Below are positions 59,326 to 64,000 of a stretch of 64,000 nucleotides of DNA, piece after piece. Numbering within the stretch: position 1 is the first letter of the stretch; each line of letters starts with the position of its first letter. The position numbers were made by a program, and so were the translations under genes. Source of the stretch: Chara braunii (Eukaryota; Plantae; Charophyceae); NCBI GenBank assembly GCA_003427395.1, contig BFEA01000026.1, positions 5,531,251 through 5,595,250 of the forward strand. Reading direction: 5' to 3'. The notes under the pieces are model-generated. The model did not search any database. It was given only the letters and a program-made list of their open reading frames with translations, and had not been told where the DNA came from.

Positions 59326-62300
59326 TTCTCATGGTAGAGGCGGAAATATTTTTACACTGATTATATAAGGCGGCGTCTGGGCATTAGCATAGGGAAGGTA
59401 CCGTGAAGTGGTGGTGCGCTTGAAAGTGGTGTGAGTGNGACGCCGTAGTGGCACAGTGAAATTGGGGGTGTGCACCGGCGATGCTGTCAGATCACTGGGA
59501 GATGATTGGGTGTTGAGAGGGTATCGCGACAAGCGATCGTTCTAGGAAGTAGTGTGGATCGTTTTGCGGGCGACTCATTGTGACGATTGTCTTCTCTGGA
59601 GTGTGATTTTACACGGTCTTCTTAAGTGGGCCGTTTTTTTTAACTTCACTCAAGGTCANTTGTTTGACTCAGACCCCTTCACACNTGTGTGAACCCACAC
59701 TTGCTTGACCGTACTCTTTGAATGTTCACTGAATAGGTAGAGAAGATGTGTGTTCGNGTGTGTGAATGAAAGTCTGACGTGAGTGTGAATTGCATGTTTT
59801 CCTTTGAACTTGTTGTTTGATCTAATGTGCAGGTAGGTAGAAGAAAGCTTGAAAACGAGATTGGCCATGTCAATGAAAATGGGGACAGGGTGTTTGTCTT
59901 CTATTTCTTGTTTGCATGTTTGTCACAAGAGAGNAAATCAGTTGACGACGAGAAAAGGAACGATCACACAAAGAAGAAGAAACTTAATNGGACATGGACT
60001 CGTTCCTAATGTTACCCATTCTTTCCCGAATGACCACCTTTGTCTATGCCCGTCTGTCTGAATGTTTTTCTTCTCTGTGATCTTCGTCTTCGTCTAGGTT
60101 CACCTTGACGTCANGCGNCAAGGGGTTGATCNTCTGNCNCGGTGGAGGCGTTTCCTTTCCCTACGAGGCATCTGAGGNAGGGGTTCGTTGCCTTAGGGGC
60201 CGACCNTGTTAACGACTCGGAGTGGACCGCTTAGGCGGGGGGATACCATGCTGTCGTGGTGGAGCCAGCCCGACTTTTGAGATCTGAGGTTCGCTCGGGC
60301 GAGGACGAGGGGTATCCCAGACCACCTCCTAGGGGATGGACATGTGCTATTCACGGAAGACGTTAAGTCATTGTCGGCTTACGCTAAGGAGGACCGTCAT
60401 AGTTTACCCTTTGTGGCCGTCTTAGGAGCCACAGACGAATGAAGAACTGGCGCCATGAGAAGCCCAGTTCGTGTTTTCATTAGTTATGAGTGGAATGCAT
60501 GTAGGCACTATCTTCGCGGATAGGTTTGCACCATAAGAAGTGCAAGCCTGGGGTCATCAGGCTAGTTGACAGGAGGTAACGACTAAAGTGTTGCTTCAAA
60601 TGTCTTTGTGTCGGAGGCGGGTACTTCATCATTCATAGAACAACAAGAGTAATTATTGCCCAGGAGGGCAAAGCGACCAACGAAATTTGGAAATGGATCC
60701 TTGACCTCAATGAGGCATTCAATGTTCGGTCGTTCAAGTCGAGTATAGTGGTAATCGGGCTACTTGCAAATGATGTCATCGCTAGAACGGTGTGATCCTA
60801 ACTCTATTTGAGGGTTGGGATGTCCACGTTTTTTTGCTTGCAGTTAGCTTGCGGTGGAATGAAAGAACTTGGCAACGCATCTCATCAAGCCGAAAAAGTT
60901 GTGACAGTCCAATCAGTGGAGTGTAGATACTTTAGTCAGACGTCATTTAAGCGTCGCATTGTGTATGGGTCATGCTTGGATATTTTATCCATAAGTGTTG
61001 TTTGGAGACAAGTCAACTTTGTCGTATACATGATTGTATTATATATAGGTTGATTTTAGAGGATAAGTCAATTTACGTTAACCTGAATCGTCTCATGAAA
61101 GTGTTTTGCCTGTTTAATTTTTGATTGTCTTTGAAAGGAGGGACTAGGATTGATCGAGATTTTCTCACGCTTGGAATATCACGTCCTAGTCGACCGACGT
61201 CGGTCTGATTCCTGGGAGATCAGCGCCCAGGGACGGGCGACGTTCGGGTCCACTTTGGCGTTTAACCATGCGTACCTATGCTACGGCGAACGAGCAAACG
61301 CCCTCGGCCGGCCTATCTCTGCAATTGCATTATAAAAGCCTTCGCATGTGGGTCGGTAGCTCAGCGGGGATACGCCCCTAAGGGTGGTGACAGCCTCTTA
61401 GGGAAGGTAAGTTGTGCCCCGCGAGAACCTATCCTGTCATAGGGGACCGTGGGATGTACAGCTGGCGCACTCGGCCGGAGCGGCGACGGGTCGACGCGGG
61501 TTACCGTGTCGTCCCCGAGTTGTCTCTAAAAAATTATAGACTAAGTTTCTCCTGCGTGACGCGGTCGGGAGGGCCCTCGCTCGCGCGGGGCCGATGCGCT
61601 CGACAGGTGGCGTCGTTGCCGGGGATAACGGCAAACTACCGTTGTCCCTGGTGGAACGACACTCGGGAATTGGATGATGTAAGTTATATTCTCTTTTTGC
61701 TTGGCTAAGAGAAATGCTAGTAACGCTGACCTCTATAGAGATGAGGAGGGTATCTCCTTGTACTTTATATTGTGGTTCATGTGATGCCAACTTTTATCTT
61801 AGACTCGCAGGGGAAATATAACCTTAAGAATAGGTTCGATGAGAACAATTAATCGAAAAAGCGTGACTTCTGCCACGTCTATTGTGTTTGAATTGAAAGT
61901 CTTTATCTGCCATTCAACAAGCCATATGAGAGGTTGTGACAGTGACGCTACGGATGGAAANNNNNNNNNNNNNNNNNNNNNNNNNNNNNNNNNNNNNNNN
62001 NNNNNNNNNNNNNNNNNNNNNNNNNNNNNNNNNNNNNNNNNNNNNNNNNNNNNNNNNNNNNNNNNNNNNNNNNNNNNNNNNNNNNNNNNNNNNNNNNNNN
62101 NNNNNNNNNNNNNNNNNNNNNNNNNNNNNNNNNNNNNNNNNNNNNNNNNNNNNNNNNNNNNNNNNNNNNNNNNNNNNNNNNNNNNNNNNNNNNNNNNNNN
62201 NNNNNNNNNNNNNNNNNNNNNNNNNNNNNNNNNNNNNNNNNNNNNNNNNNNNNNNNNNNNNNNNNNNNNNNNNNNNNNNNNNNNNNNNNNNNNNNNNNNN

Positions 62301-63393
62301 NNNNNNNNNNNNNNNNNNNNNNNNNNNNNNNNNNNNNNNNNNNNNNNNNNNNNNNNNNNNNNNNNNNNNNNNNNNNNNNNNNNNNNNNNNNNNNNNNNNN
62401 NNNNNNNNNNNNNNNNNNNNNNNNNNNNNNNNNNNNNNNNNNNNNNNNNNNNNNNNNNNNNNNNNNNNNNNNNNNNNNNNNNNNNNNNNNNNNNNNNNNN
62501 NNNNNNNNNNNNNNNNNNNNNNNNNNNNNNNNNNNNNNNNNNNNNCTACACTATCGTTGAAAGGGAGGAAGGTGTTGAGACCTTATTAGAATGTTGTTTG
62601 CAGGGTAGTCGACTGTGTTTGATCTAGGGGAGGGAGTGGTTACCCTTCCTTATATCTAATATGGTCACCGTACCTCCACAGGTGGGACCTAACCAACCCC
62701 GCTTGTGGAAGGTGGGGCAGTTCTACTCCGTTTACGATGGACTAATCAAGATCGAAAACACTGGAATCGGAGGGAAGGTGGTGAGGCTCGAGTCTAAAGC
62801 GGGGCTTGACGTCGAGATGCTATCCTGAATGGATTACACCACTCCTCGACGCATTCACGAGACATGTAGGAGATAAATCATGCATGATGATTAAGTTGGA
62901 GTAGGAATTACCTGGACTGGACAAGGACTTCTGGAAGCATGATTTCTCTCTGGGATGGTACCGACACATGCTGTATTATAGTGTGAGTATCCTTGTGTTT
63001 CGTGGGGAGCCCGGGTTAAACTTCTGACAACGAGAGACATGCTGAGGTGTTAGGAATGCACCCCCATGAACACGAGAGACCCAGGTTAAATTCCTGGCAG
63101 TATGTGTCGTATGATGAAAGACCCGCAGAGGGTTAAGCCTGACGAGACCTAGACAGGGGGTTATAACCTGAAGAGAGTCCCATCAGGGGGATAAGCCTGA
63201 CCCATCTATGAGAGANAAAAAAAGATATGGGTGGCCGCCAGTGGGATGATGCTGGGATCATNCTTCTGGATATCCTTGTAATGCCTTAACTTGGGTTCCA
63301 GGCTCCGGGGAAAGGCTTGCCAGAGGTTATTTCTNGCACTATTCCAACTAGTGATTGGATGAAAGAACTTCCACAGNAAGGTTCGNAAGAATG

Positions 63394-63520
63394 AGGCTTG
63401 CAAGTAAGCCTCTATCTATTTAACGCTTGAAAGTAAGCCTCTGTATGTTAAAGGCTTGAAAGTAAGCCTCTATATGTTTAAAGCTTAAAAGTTAGCCTCT
63501 GTTATATCTGAAAGTAAGTC
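63394..63520. repeat. ~28-bp tandem repeat (GCTTGAAAGTAAGCCTCT...), about 4 copies
   Basis: Direct observation. Confidence 0.8.
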
Positions 63521-63905
63521 AACGTTTGAAGTATTGTAAATAATGAAATAGATGCGGAGTATTTCATAAAAGAGTATCCAGGTGATTATAAAAGGAAAGA
63601 AAGAAGAATGACGGAAGCGTCGCTCGTCACAAATGAGTGTGTAAGATCTGGATTAATTCCAGATATATGATGATTGTATGATGTATTTGGTGAGGTCTTA
63701 TAAAGACTTCCCCTTGTGTTGCTTTATGGTAAGCGATGGGGACGTCGCTTAATGGGAGCGGGGAAGGCTGTCGGGACAGAAACCCTGTGAGGGTTTCTGC
63801 CCGAGTTTGTCAAGGACAAACGCTGTCTGACCTTTTTGTTGGACTGAGAGATCTTTGTCGGACATTGTCCGACTTTTCTCGCTGGATTGAAAAACTTGAT
63901 GAGAC

Positions 63906-64000
63906 TGACGTTGCCAAAATTTATTTTGACCAACCCTATGACTGAGACATCTATTCTTTTTTTAGAACCAGACGTCTTTGACGTCTGGTCGAAACAGTGG
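63906..64000. repeat. Direct repeat, candidate LTR (copy 2, runs off the window)
   Basis: Identical to 56372-56466. Confidence 0.6.

Overview
Gapped, repeat-saturated eukaryotic nuclear scaffold from a green plant-lineage genome. Plant-type U2/U6, plastid ndhD and mitochondrial LSU rRNA debris and Penelope-like RT suggest a streptophyte alga such as Chara (inference). No intact host protein-coding gene is supportable. The only apparently functional gene is a U2 snRNA (37336-37533, minus) with a USE/TATA-like promoter. About 380 bp upstream of it sits a U6 retrocopy with A-rich tail and 13-bp TSD. The window is dominated by decayed L1/Tx1-like LINEs (about 12.3-14.8, 23.0-29.6, 31.2-34.2, 39.8-41.4 and 44.3-51.7 kb), many short retroposed tails, Tourist-, hAT- and foldback-type MITEs, tRNA-derived SINE heads, NUPT/NUMT/18S fragments, microsatellites and a candidate LTR repeat. 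The most striking signal is a 55-110 nt 3'-terminal RNA module (hairpin, H-type pseudoknot, then a long hairpin with a conserved loop). It occurs about 18 times (complete or partial) with compensatory base changes and is shared by the LINEs and by short TSD-flanked non-autonomous insertions. A second notable signal is that the lesions in the U6 retrocopy fall next to positions known to be modified in human U6.
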